A program made the position numbers and the translations under genes. A DNA stretch of 61,638 nt from an uncultured bacterium (GTDB lineage Bacteria; JAAXHH01). Under the pieces are notes generated by a model. The model worked only from the letters and a program-made list of their open reading frames with translations. It was not told the DNA's origin and did not search any database. The stretch lies in contig CAJXCW010000002.1 in the NCBI GenBank assembly GCA_913051705.1, positions 1 to 61,638 on the forward strand, in the 5' to 3' direction. Below are positions 19,419-27,464 of the stretch, one piece after another; within the stretch, counting starts at the first letter, position 1; the number at the start of each line of letters is the position of its first letter.

Positions 19419-20772
19419 GGACCTTCAATCCCGCCTGGCCGCCTTACCCGCTGTGCATATCCTGCAACGCCATCCAGCTATTCATACGATGGCGTCGTCG
19501 TATCCGAGCGCACAAATCGTTGCGGCTATCCGGGAGATTCTACAGGAAGCCAGAGAAACCCTTCGGAACCAGACAAATGAGCCGGTATCTCCATTACAAT
19601 TTGAAGCGGATACGTTGGTTGAACGGGTGATAGATCGGTTAGAATGCGAGCGGATGCCCGGCTATCGGCCCGTTATCAATGGTTCGGGGATCCTGTTTCA
19701 TCCCGATGCCGGAGAGGCCCCAATAGGAGAACCGGTCCGCTCTACTATGGCGCATATGCTGATATCGACTATCTGCGATGACCTGGATCAAGTAGAAAAG
19801 GAAATATGTACCCTGACCGGTGCGGAAGATGCGGTCATCGTAACTTCCGCGCAGGCGGCCTTTTTCCTTATGATGAAAGTCTTATGTGACGGGAAGGATG
19901 TCGTTGTTGCACGCAGCCATTTAGGGATGAGAGAAAACGGTTTTCGTCCTATACAAGCCATGGCCCATGCCGGCGCCCGTGTTATTGAAATCGGTGCGAC
20001 AAATAAAACACATCCGGAGGACTATCAGGCCGCCATCGGAGAGCAAACGGGTGCGATAGGCGTTATACGACCTACAACCTATGCGTTACGAGGTTTTACC
20101 CAGGACGTTGCTCTACAGGAACTGGTTCAGCTTGGGGCTGCGGTGGGTGTGCCTGTCGTTTATGATGCCGGTTATACCACACTGAAACCTTTGCCTGAAG
20201 GCTTATGGCAGCCGTCCATTTCCCTCACCGAGGCGGTCCGTTACGGCGTGTCGGTAACCATTGTTCGAGCGGATGGACTCATAGGTGGCCCTGCCTGCGG
20301 TCTGATTATCGGATGTAATGAAGTACTGGATAAAGTCCGACGCCATGCTTTAATGCCCATGCTGACGCCCAGTCCGTTGTTGCGTGCAGGACTGAAGGTC
20401 AGGATGTCGGATCTGAAAGGGGCGACAGATGATTTCGAAGGCCATCCCGCAGCCTATATGCTGACCGTTTCCCTGGAAACCATCCGACAACGAGCCGATA
20501 CACTCTGTGCAGGTCTTAAAGCTGGCGAATCAGTAGAGATTATTGAGCGTCCTGCTTTTCTAACACCATATAAATTACCTGCTGAATCGTTGCCGAGTTG
20601 TGCCCTGTCTTTCCGACCGCCACACGACGCTCCGGAGACGGTTCTGGCACGATGGCGTAACCGGTCGCCTGCTTTGCTGGGCATACATGATGGAGATCGG
20701 ATTCTGCTTGATATGAGGGGTATCAAAAATGAGCAGATAGAGATGGTCGCCCAAATCGTAAATGATGGTTAA
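19417..20772 (+). CDS. SelA-like (Sec synthase family) protein, degenerate active site
   Basis: RPVINGSG, EIGATNKTH, RGFT, LDMR align with SelA, but the SGDKLLGGP motif reads RADGLIGGP. Confidence 0.75.
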   Translation: MDLQSRLAALPAVHILQRHPAIHTMASSYPSAQIVAAIREILQEARETLRNQTNEPVSPLQFEADTLVERVIDRLECERMPGYRPVINGSGILFHPDAGEAPIGEPVRSTMAHMLISTICDDLDQVEKEICTLTGAEDAVIVTSAQAAFFLMMKVLCDGKDVVVARSHLGMRENGFRPIQAMAHAGARVIEIGATNKTHPEDYQAAIGEQTGAIGVIRPTTYALRGFTQDVALQELVQLGAAVGVPVVYDAGYTTLKPLPEGLWQPSISLTEAVRYGVSVTIVRADGLIGGPACGLIIGCNEVLDKVRRHALMPMLTPSPLLRAGLKVRMSDLKGATDDFEGHPAAYMLTVSLETIRQRADTLCAGLKAGESVEIIERPAFLTPYKLPAESLPSCALSFRPPHDAPETVLARWRNRSPALLGIHDGDRILLDMRGIKNEQIEMVAQIVNDG

Positions 20773-20813
20773 GATTTTAAGTGTATTTTATTTTTCATTC
20801 AGATCGAAATCTC

Positions 20814-20842
20814 TTGTGCAAATATACTATCTTCAGTATATT
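20814..20842 (+). promoter_or_regulatory. Promoter of the core BMC locus with an overlapping palindrome
   Basis: TTGTGC-17 nt-TATATT; AATATACT-N6-AGTATATT inverted repeat at 20821-20842. Confidence 0.5.
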
Positions 20843-20960
20843 AGGGTCTTGTATTTCTTCAGAAATCTGTACTTTGCCAGCGCGATTGCATGGCATTTTT
20901 CGTAATAATATCGTATATCACTCTCTGGACGGTTGTCCAATTCTGTGGGGATGTGTCTTT

Positions 20961-21791
20961 ATGAATTTGCAGCAGGCCAAAGCGGATATTATCCATGTCG
21001 GCAAACGTATGTATGACCGGGGATACGTGGCCTCGAACGACGGAAACATCAGTGTCCGCCTGTCCGAGGATCGTCTTCTGGTTACGATAACCGGCGTGAG
21101 CAAAGGGTTTTTGACCTCCGAGCAACTGGTCGTTATCGATTATGACGGCAATCTGGTGTCGGGACGCAACAAACCGTCATCGGAAATAAAAATGCATCTG
21201 ATGGTATATCAGGAACGGCCGGATATACATGCGGTAGCCCACGCCCATCCGCCGACCGCCACGGGCTTTTCTGTAGCGGGCATCCCTTTGACGGAATGTC
21301 TGCTGCCCGAGGTGATTGTTGCGCTCGGTTCGATTCCTATTATCGAATACGGAACGCCCGGAGGGATGGAACTGGTAGAGCCTATTCGTAAAAATGTTCA
21401 TGATTATGATGCCTTCTTACTTGAGAACCATGGCGCCTTGACTATCGGCCCTAATGTGATTAATGCCTATCACAAAATGGAAACGATGGAACATTTTGCC
21501 AAGATCTATCTGGTCGCCCGGATGCTTGGCAATGTGAATACGATCGGGGATGAGGATGTGGGTAAATTACTCAATCTCAGGGAAAGATTTGGTGTAACGA
21601 CCCAGGCCGTATGCCAGCTCGATTTACAGGAGAAGAAGGCTCAACCATCTCCGGTACAACCGAGTGCATCAAATTCAACCGGTAACGTTTCGCAGGAGGA
21701 ACTGGTTCAGCGTATTACGCGTGAGGTCGTAAGCCGGCTAAGCGGGACCGACAGTGAGGACAGTCAGGCGCGCATTATTCCGGTGAAATGA
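20961..21791 (+). CDS. Class II aldolase (FucA-like) with C-terminal encapsulation peptide
   Basis: NDGNISVR, PSSE, AHAHPP, LENHG. Low-complexity linker then amphipathic QEELVQRITREVVSRL. Confidence 0.9.
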   Translation: MNLQQAKADIIHVGKRMYDRGYVASNDGNISVRLSEDRLLVTITGVSKGFLTSEQLVVIDYDGNLVSGRNKPSSEIKMHLMVYQERPDIHAVAHAHPPTATGFSVAGIPLTECLLPEVIVALGSIPIIEYGTPGGMELVEPIRKNVHDYDAFLLENHGALTIGPNVINAYHKMETMEHFAKIYLVARMLGNVNTIGDEDVGKLLNLRERFGVTTQAVCQLDLQEKKAQPSPVQPSASNSTGNVSQEELVQRITREVVSRLSGTDSEDSQARIIPVK

Positions 21792-21798
21792 TCTGAAC

Positions 21799-23001
21799 AT
21801 GAACATCCTGATTGCTAACATCGGTAGTACATCGTTCAAATTTCAGCTCTTTGACAGTGCATCCCTTCAAGAACTGGCCCGAGGGCGACTGGAACGCATC
21901 GGCAGTGAAACCGCCCCGGTTCAATTCCATGTGGTAGGCAAGGAAGAGGTCGAGCAATCGGTTGCGTTGCCCGATTTCGGTTCAGCCATCCTTCATAGTA
22001 TACAGTTATTGACAGACCCGGATATCGGCGTGATTCACCATCTGTCTGAGATCGCTGCCGTAGGATTCAAGCCGGTCCATGCCCTTCATATCACTGGATG
22101 CCGGTTGTTTACAGACGATATTCTGGACGTGATGGAAGAGGCTGTGCCCCTCGCTCCAGCTCATAACCCGCCGTATATTGCAGCGGTGCGGCTGTATCGG
22201 GAATTATTGCCGGGTCTTCCTCTATACGGACTGTTCGAGCCGACATTTCATCAAACGATGCCGGATTATGCTACCATGTACGGCATCCCTTACGATTGGA
22301 TAGAGCGGTACGGTTTGCGTCGCTATGGCTTTCACGGAGCGTCTCACCAGCACATAGCAGAACGGACGCCGGTGTTCCTGGGATGTCCGTCCGAATCGCT
22401 GAAAATAGTGTCCTGCCATTTAGGTGGCAGCTCATCAATTTGCGCGATCGACGGAGGTAAATCAATCGATACCAGCATGGGCTTGACCCCGCAATCCGGC
22501 TTGATGCAATCCACTCGAACCGGTGATTTGGATCCATTTGCTGTTATGGACATGCTGGACCGGGAACAGATGACCACAGATGAAATGCGGACGGTGCTAT
22601 GTAAACAGAGCGGCCTGAAAGGGCTTTCCGGTATTGACAGTGGGGATATGCGGGATATTCTGGATGCTCAAAAAGAGGGTAATGAGCGCGCGGCACTGGC
22701 GGTAGATGCTTATGTATATGATATAAAAAAATACATTGGCGCCTATGCAGCAGCGATGAACGGTCTGGATGTCATCGTCTTTACCGGAGGAATCGGCGAG
22801 CGAAGCGTTGAGATCCGCGCCAGGGTTTGTGAAGGGCTGACTTTTCTGGGGATCATCCTTGACCCTGCCCGGAATAAGCGAAAAGAGAGCGAAATGATTA
22901 TATCATCGGATGAGGCGAAGACCATCGCAGCGGTTATCATAGCCAACGAAGAGCGAATCATCGTTCGCGAAGTCGTGAATGTCATAGAAAAAATGACCTG
23001 A
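21799..23001 (+). CDS. ackA: Acetate/acyl kinase (BMC-associated)
   Basis: NIGSTSFKF, APAHNP, YGFHGASH, CHLGG, TRTGDLDP, GGIGE, NEE. Confidence 0.92.
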   Translation: MNILIANIGSTSFKFQLFDSASLQELARGRLERIGSETAPVQFHVVGKEEVEQSVALPDFGSAILHSIQLLTDPDIGVIHHLSEIAAVGFKPVHALHITGCRLFTDDILDVMEEAVPLAPAHNPPYIAAVRLYRELLPGLPLYGLFEPTFHQTMPDYATMYGIPYDWIERYGLRRYGFHGASHQHIAERTPVFLGCPSESLKIVSCHLGGSSSICAIDGGKSIDTSMGLTPQSGLMQSTRTGDLDPFAVMDMLDREQMTTDEMRTVLCKQSGLKGLSGIDSGDMRDILDAQKEGNERAALAVDAYVYDIKKYIGAYAAAMNGLDVIVFTGGIGERSVEIRARVCEGLTFLGIILDPARNKRKESEMIISSDEAKTIAAVIIANEERIIVREVVNVIEKMT

Positions 23002-23087
23002 TACAAAATTTTAACGCCTATGGGAATGACAGGCGAGTTTTCACAGTTTATACTGTCCAAACCTTAGCAAAGTATAATAACAAACCA

Positions 23088-23810
23088 ATGAATTATCGCG
23101 ACAGACCATGTTCCATATGTGAAGATTGCCGGTTATGTGAAGCGGTGACGGCTCCATCTGATGAAGAGCGGATCGTGTCTGTGGTTCGAAATACGGTTTT
23201 TCGGGTATTGGATCAGCAGGCGATAACACCTTCCGGGTTTGAATTGACCGTCGGGGTTTCCGCGCGTCATTTACATATAACAGAGGAAGATCTGGCCGTG
23301 ATATACGGTCAGGGCCATTCGTTGACGTCGATGCGTGATCTGGCCGGTCCGGGAGAATTTGCTGCCGAAGAAACCGTCACGCTGGTCGGACCTAATATGC
23401 GTGCTATTCAGGGGATACGTATTCTGGGCCCCTGCAGATCTCAGACACAGGTCGAACTTGCACCGACAGATGGCGTCTTCCTCGGTATGGCTTTACCCAT
23501 GAGAGCCTCCGGCGATGTGGCTGGAACGGCTGCCGCGACGATTATCGGACCTGGGGGTTCCCTGTATTTGAAAGAGGGGGCTATCCGCGCAGACCGCCAT
23601 ATTCATATCTCGCCGGAAGAAGCCGCCCGATACGGCGTCTCTGATGGACAACATATCAAGGTGGAGGTGGCCGGTCCGGCAGGATTAACTTTTAATCAGG
23701 TCCGTATACGATTCAGTGAGAAATTTTCACCGCCGGCTATGCATATTGATACAGACGATGGCAACGCGGCAAGCGTGCGCTGCGGCGATACGGTAAGGGC
23801 CTTATTGTAA
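23088..23810 (+). CDS. pduL: PduL-type phosphate acyltransferase with Cys-rich N-terminus and encapsulation peptide
   Basis: VSARHLHI, RILGPCR..TQVE, DRHIHIS, MHIDTDDGNA. N-terminal CSICEDCRLC and EERIVSVVRNTVFRVL. Confidence 0.9.
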   Translation: MNYRDRPCSICEDCRLCEAVTAPSDEERIVSVVRNTVFRVLDQQAITPSGFELTVGVSARHLHITEEDLAVIYGQGHSLTSMRDLAGPGEFAAEETVTLVGPNMRAIQGIRILGPCRSQTQVELAPTDGVFLGMALPMRASGDVAGTAAATIIGPGGSLYLKEGAIRADRHIHISPEEAARYGVSDGQHIKVEVAGPAGLTFNQVRIRFSEKFSPPAMHIDTDDGNAASVRCGDTVRALL

Positions 23811-23916
23811 CCTGTTTGAAATAATACGGTTGCTTTTGCTGGCTTTTTTAATACATTCATTACTTTCTGCCCTGGCTGGACAGGCTGAAGGGGCATCTCG
23901 TTAGAAAGGAATAAGC

Positions 23917-24183
23917 ATGGACGCATTGGGTATGATAGAAACCAGAGGGCTGGTCGCTTTGATCGAAGCTGCTGATGCGATGGCAAAAGCAGCTGAGGTG
24001 AAGTTGATCAAGCACGAAAAAATCGGTGCCGGGTATGTCACCATTATGTGCCGGGGCGATGTAGCGGCCGTTAAGGCGGCCATCGATGCCGGGCAGGCCG
24101 CCGCCGAACGCATCGGCGAAGTCATTTCCACACACGTGATCCCACGTCCTCATTCTGATGTGGACGATGTCCTGTTGAAGTAA
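23917..24183 (+). CDS. BMC-H shell protein
   Basis: [25 protein letters not shown]...GDVAAVKAA...HVIPRPH; RBS AAGGA. Confidence 0.95.
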   Translation: MDALGMIETRGLVALIEAADAMAKAAEVKLIKHEKIGAGYVTIMCRGDVAAVKAAIDAGQAAAERIGEVISTHVIPRPHSDVDDVLLK

Positions 24184-24277
24184 AAACGGCCAGGCAATGG
24201 AAGTCACCTTTGGTGCCTTCGAGCCCTTCGGGGTTTGCCCATTTGTAATTTGCTCATTTCCATTCCGTGGAGGTATC

Positions 24278-24589
24278 GTGGAACTCGGTCGGATCTCCGG
24301 TACGATCGTAGCTACCCAGAAGAACGAACGGTTGTCCGGGTTCAAGCTGCTTGTCGTGGATCTAATGAAAATGGACGGTGTAAAGACCGGCACAAATTTG
24401 GTCGCCCTGGATACCGTAGGCGCCGGCTCGGGAGAAATAGTGATCATCGTACGAGGCAGTTCTGCGCGTCAGGCTGAAGGCATGGCGGCGATACCAGTTG
24501 ATGCGACGATCATTGCTATTGTGGATTCGATTGAAATGGAAGGAAAGATCCGCTACCGGAAATCAGATGATTCCTGGCGTGACGGTTAA
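24278..24589 (+). CDS. BMC-P vertex protein (EutN/CcmL)
   Basis: GRISGTIVATQK...VALDTVGAGSGE...GSSAR...PVDATIIAIVD; GGAGG before GTG 24278. Confidence 0.92.
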   Translation: MELGRISGTIVATQKNERLSGFKLLVVDLMKMDGVKTGTNLVALDTVGAGSGEIVIIVRGSSARQAEGMAAIPVDATIIAIVDSIEMEGKIRYRKSDDSWRDG

Positions 24590-24695
24590 TGAAAAGAACA
24601 GCAAAGCAAATTTCAAATAATTACTTTCGGAGATAGCTTGCGATATTTCTCGCAAGAGGTGACTCGGTAGTTTTACGGGAAATCTCCAATAGGGA

Positions 24696-26132
24696 GTGGT
24701 CGTGAATATTGACGAACGTCAGATCCAGGCTATTGTACAACAGGTCCTTGTTGAGTTGGGCGGACAGTCTGGAAATCAGAGAAGTCGTAGCGGTTCAGGC
24801 GGACAATATGGTCTGTTTACTCGAATCGATGATGCAATCCAGGCGGCTGAACACGCGTTTGTACAACTTCAGGACATATCGTTGGAAACGCGTGGGAAGA
24901 TGATCGATGCTATGCGTGAGGTCATCCTGGATAATGCCGATCTGCTGGCCAGGATGGGGGTGGAGGAGACAAAGCTTGGTGATGTCGGAGATAAGGTCAA
25001 CAAGCATATCGTCGCCGCTTCAAAAACACCTGGTCTGGAAGATATCAAACCCGAAGCGATCACCGGTGATCATGGACTGACGATTACAGAATTCGCGCCC
25101 TACGGGGTCATCGGCTCCATCACTCCGATGACCAATCCGTCTGAAACCATTATTAATAATGGACTTATTATGATCGCGGCCGGCAACGCGGTGGTATTCA
25201 ATGCGCATCCCAGTGCCAAAAAAGTCACAATGAAGGCGGTCGAGCTTATTAATCAAGCCATTGTGAAGGCAGGCGGTCCGGATAATCTATTGACGGGCGT
25301 CGTAGAGCCGACGCTTGAAACGGCGGGTGCGTTGATGAATGACCCGCGCGTCCGTGTTCTGGGGGTCACCGGTGGCCCCGGCGTTGTAAAAGCCGCCATG
25401 AGCAGTGGCAAAAAGGTGATCGCTGCCGGTCCAGGGAACCCGCCCGTGGTGGTCGACGAAACCGCGGATCTGGAAAAAGCGGCGCGGTCCATTGTAGATG
25501 GCGCTACGCTGGATAACAATATCTGCTGTATTTGTGAAAAGGAAATCATCGCCGTAGAATCCATTGTAGATGACCTCAAACGCCATATGAAGGCCTACAA
25601 AACGGTCGAACTGACAGGTACGCAGATTGAAGAAGTAACCAATCTGGTGTTTGATCAGTGGCGTGGGGTAGGATGTAAGGATGCGGTTCTCAATCGTCAT
25701 TTTGTCGGTAAATCGGCACTGGCTATTCTCAGTGAACTGGGCATACATGCCCCGGCTGATACACGAATGATTCTTGTAGAAACGCCGGCAGATCATCCGC
25801 TGGTGTGGAAAGAACAGATGATGCCTGTGATCCCGTTGGTACGCATGCCGAACGTAGATGCGGCGATTGACTTTGCAAAAGAGGTGGAACAGGGATGTTA
25901 TCATACGGCGGTGATGCACTCACGAAATGTAGAGAATTTGAGCCGTATGGCCCGATTGATAAACACCACCATTTTTGTAAAGAATGGGCCTTCTTATGCC
26001 GGGTTAGGTTTCGGCGGCGAGGGACCGACGGCTTGGACCCTGGCCAGTCCGACCGGCGAAGGACCCACCACACCACGCACCTTCACCCGGCCAAGACGAT
26101 GCGTCCTGGTAGATGCATTCCGTATCGTTTGA
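24696..26132 (+). CDS. eutE: CoA-acylating aldehyde dehydrogenase (EutE/PduP) with N-terminal encapsulation peptide
   Basis: TPMTNPSET, TGGPGVV, AGPGNPP, NNICCICEKE, HTAVMHS, PTGEG. N-terminal ERQIQAIVQQVLVEL. Confidence 0.92.
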   Translation: MVVNIDERQIQAIVQQVLVELGGQSGNQRSRSGSGGQYGLFTRIDDAIQAAEHAFVQLQDISLETRGKMIDAMREVILDNADLLARMGVEETKLGDVGDKVNKHIVAASKTPGLEDIKPEAITGDHGLTITEFAPYGVIGSITPMTNPSETIINNGLIMIAAGNAVVFNAHPSAKKVTMKAVELINQAIVKAGGPDNLLTGVVEPTLETAGALMNDPRVRVLGVTGGPGVVKAAMSSGKKVIAAGPGNPPVVVDETADLEKAARSIVDGATLDNNICCICEKEIIAVESIVDDLKRHMKAYKTVELTGTQIEEVTNLVFDQWRGVGCKDAVLNRHFVGKSALAILSELGIHAPADTRMILVETPADHPLVWKEQMMPVIPLVRMPNVDAAIDFAKEVEQGCYHTAVMHSRNVENLSRMARLINTTIFVKNGPSYAGLGFGGEGPTAWTLASPTGEGPTTPRTFTRPRRCVLVDAFRIV

Positions 26133-26154
26133 TCTGGTTCATTAGAGATACGAC

Positions 26155-26233
26155 TTCGTAGTTTCGTAGGTAGATGACTCCCTGCGGGGGCACATCGATT
26201 GCTTCGTAATTCGTAGTTTCGTCGCTCCGTAGT
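26155..26233. repeat. Degenerate TTCGTAGT tandem units inside the BMC operon
   Basis: ttcgtagt-ttcgtagg ... ttcgtaat-tcgtagt-ttcgtcgc-tccgtagt. Confidence 0.55.
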
Positions 26234-26248
26234 TTTTAAAGGACGCCT

Positions 26249-26548
26249 GTGGATCTGGAACGCCTGATTGCGCTTATCGTAAAAACAGTGGTCGAAGAAC
26301 TTGTGCGGCAGGACGTTATTCGCTTAGACCATACCGGGGTTACTCTTTCTCAGGGGCAGGGAAAGACGGTCTCCTCCACAGTGTCGAATCGATCACCCGG
26401 CCGGGTTGTGTCTGCTCAAATGATTCTGGATGCGGCTAAGACGGGTGTTACAACCTATGAGGCTCCTGCCCATGCGTTGATTACGCCGCTCGCTGCAGAG
26501 GTCGCCCGCGAAAAGGGGATCAAGATCATAAGTGCGGATACGGGGTAA
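26249..26548 (+). CDS. Small BMC-associated protein with N-terminal encapsulation peptide
   Basis: LERLIALIVKTVVEELV amphipathic helix; C-terminal LITPLAAEVAREKGIKI motif; sits between the AldDH and BMC-P genes. Confidence 0.75.
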   Translation: MDLERLIALIVKTVVEELVRQDVIRLDHTGVTLSQGQGKTVSSTVSNRSPGRVVSAQMILDAAKTGVTTYEAPAHALITPLAAEVAREKGIKIISADTG

Positions 26549-26552
26549 CCTG

Positions 26553-26831
26553 ATGCGATTAGGACGGATTATCGGTAAGATGTGGGCGACGGCCAAGGTG
26601 GAGAGCCTGAAAGGGATACGGTTTCATGTGATGCAGCCGCTGGATCACCATAGTAAACCGGAAGGGAAACCGATTGTTGCGATAGATGCCATAGGCGCCG
26701 GCGAAGGGGAAATGGTGTTCTGGGTCGGCGGCGGCGATGCGATCCTGGCGATACCTGACAGAACACTGCCCTCCGATGCATCCATTATAGGCATTGTGGA
26801 CCAGTTGAATACAGCGGAAAGCAATCTATGA
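26553..26831 (+). CDS. BMC-P vertex protein (EutN/CcmL)
   Basis: MRLGRIIGKMWATAK...VAIDAIGAGEGE...DASIIGIVD. Confidence 0.9.
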   Translation: MRLGRIIGKMWATAKVESLKGIRFHVMQPLDHHSKPEGKPIVAIDAIGAGEGEMVFWVGGGDAILAIPDRTLPSDASIIGIVDQLNTAESNL

Positions 26832-27103
26832 TTATCGGTCTTGTCGTGGGTAATGTCGTATCGACAGTTAAACATTCCTTGTATCGAGGCAAAAAAATTT
26901 TACTGGTTCAGCCCTACGGTTCCAGCCAGAAGCCGAAAGGGAATACGATGGTGGCCGTTGATACCGTAGGCGCTGGCATTGGAGAGATGGTGTTGGTCGC
27001 AGCAGAAGGAAGAGCCGCCAGTGAAATATTGGACGTCCCCCGTGGACCGGTCCGTTCAATCATCGTAGGTATTATAGATGCCATTCAGACAGATGAAGAG
27101 TAA
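26828..27103 (+). CDS. BMC-P vertex protein (EutN/CcmL)
   Basis: MIIGLVVGNVVSTVKH...VAVDTVGAGIGE...IVGIID. Confidence 0.9.
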   Translation: MIIGLVVGNVVSTVKHSLYRGKKILLVQPYGSSQKPKGNTMVAVDTVGAGIGEMVLVAAEGRAASEILDVPRGPVRSIIVGIIDAIQTDEE

Positions 27104-27152
27104 TGATATACGTTTCTAACAAATATGGTTCCTAGTAAAATGAGGATGTATT

Positions 27153-27455
27153 ATGACAACAACCCGGAAAGACCTGGTCAACGAAATCAGTGAAGCACTC
27201 AGGTTGAAAAAAACACAGATTTATCCGATTATCGATACGCTGTTCGATATCATGCGCGATAATCTTGTAGAAGGCAACCGAATTGAAATCAGGGGGTTCG
27301 GCGCTCTGGAAATCAAAGATACCAAACCAAAACCGGCCGCGCGGAATCCGCGGACTGGAGATACCATTGAGGTTCCTGCTCGTCGTAAAGCAAAATTCAA
27401 ACCCGGTAAGATTCTGAAAGAAGCCTTACGGGCACAGAGAGAAAAAATGGGGTAA
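27153..27455 (+). CDS. HU/IHF family DNA-binding protein
   Basis: IEIRGFG, ARNPRTG, FKPGKILK. Confidence 0.92.
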   Translation: MTTTRKDLVNEISEALRLKKTQIYPIIDTLFDIMRDNLVEGNRIEIRGFGALEIKDTKPKPAARNPRTGDTIEVPARRKAKFKPGKILKEALRAQREKMG

Positions 27456-27464
27456 TGTAAGGAG

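Noticed and set aside
23860-25919. Long antisense ORFs (23860-24447, 25287-25919) and similar shadows elsewhere
   Set aside because: They overlap well-supported genes on the opposite strand and have no motifs or RBS.
20961-27103. Carboxysome, PDU, EUT or GRM assignment
   Set aside because: No RuBisCO, diol dehydratase, ethanolamine lyase or glycyl-radical enzyme in the window.
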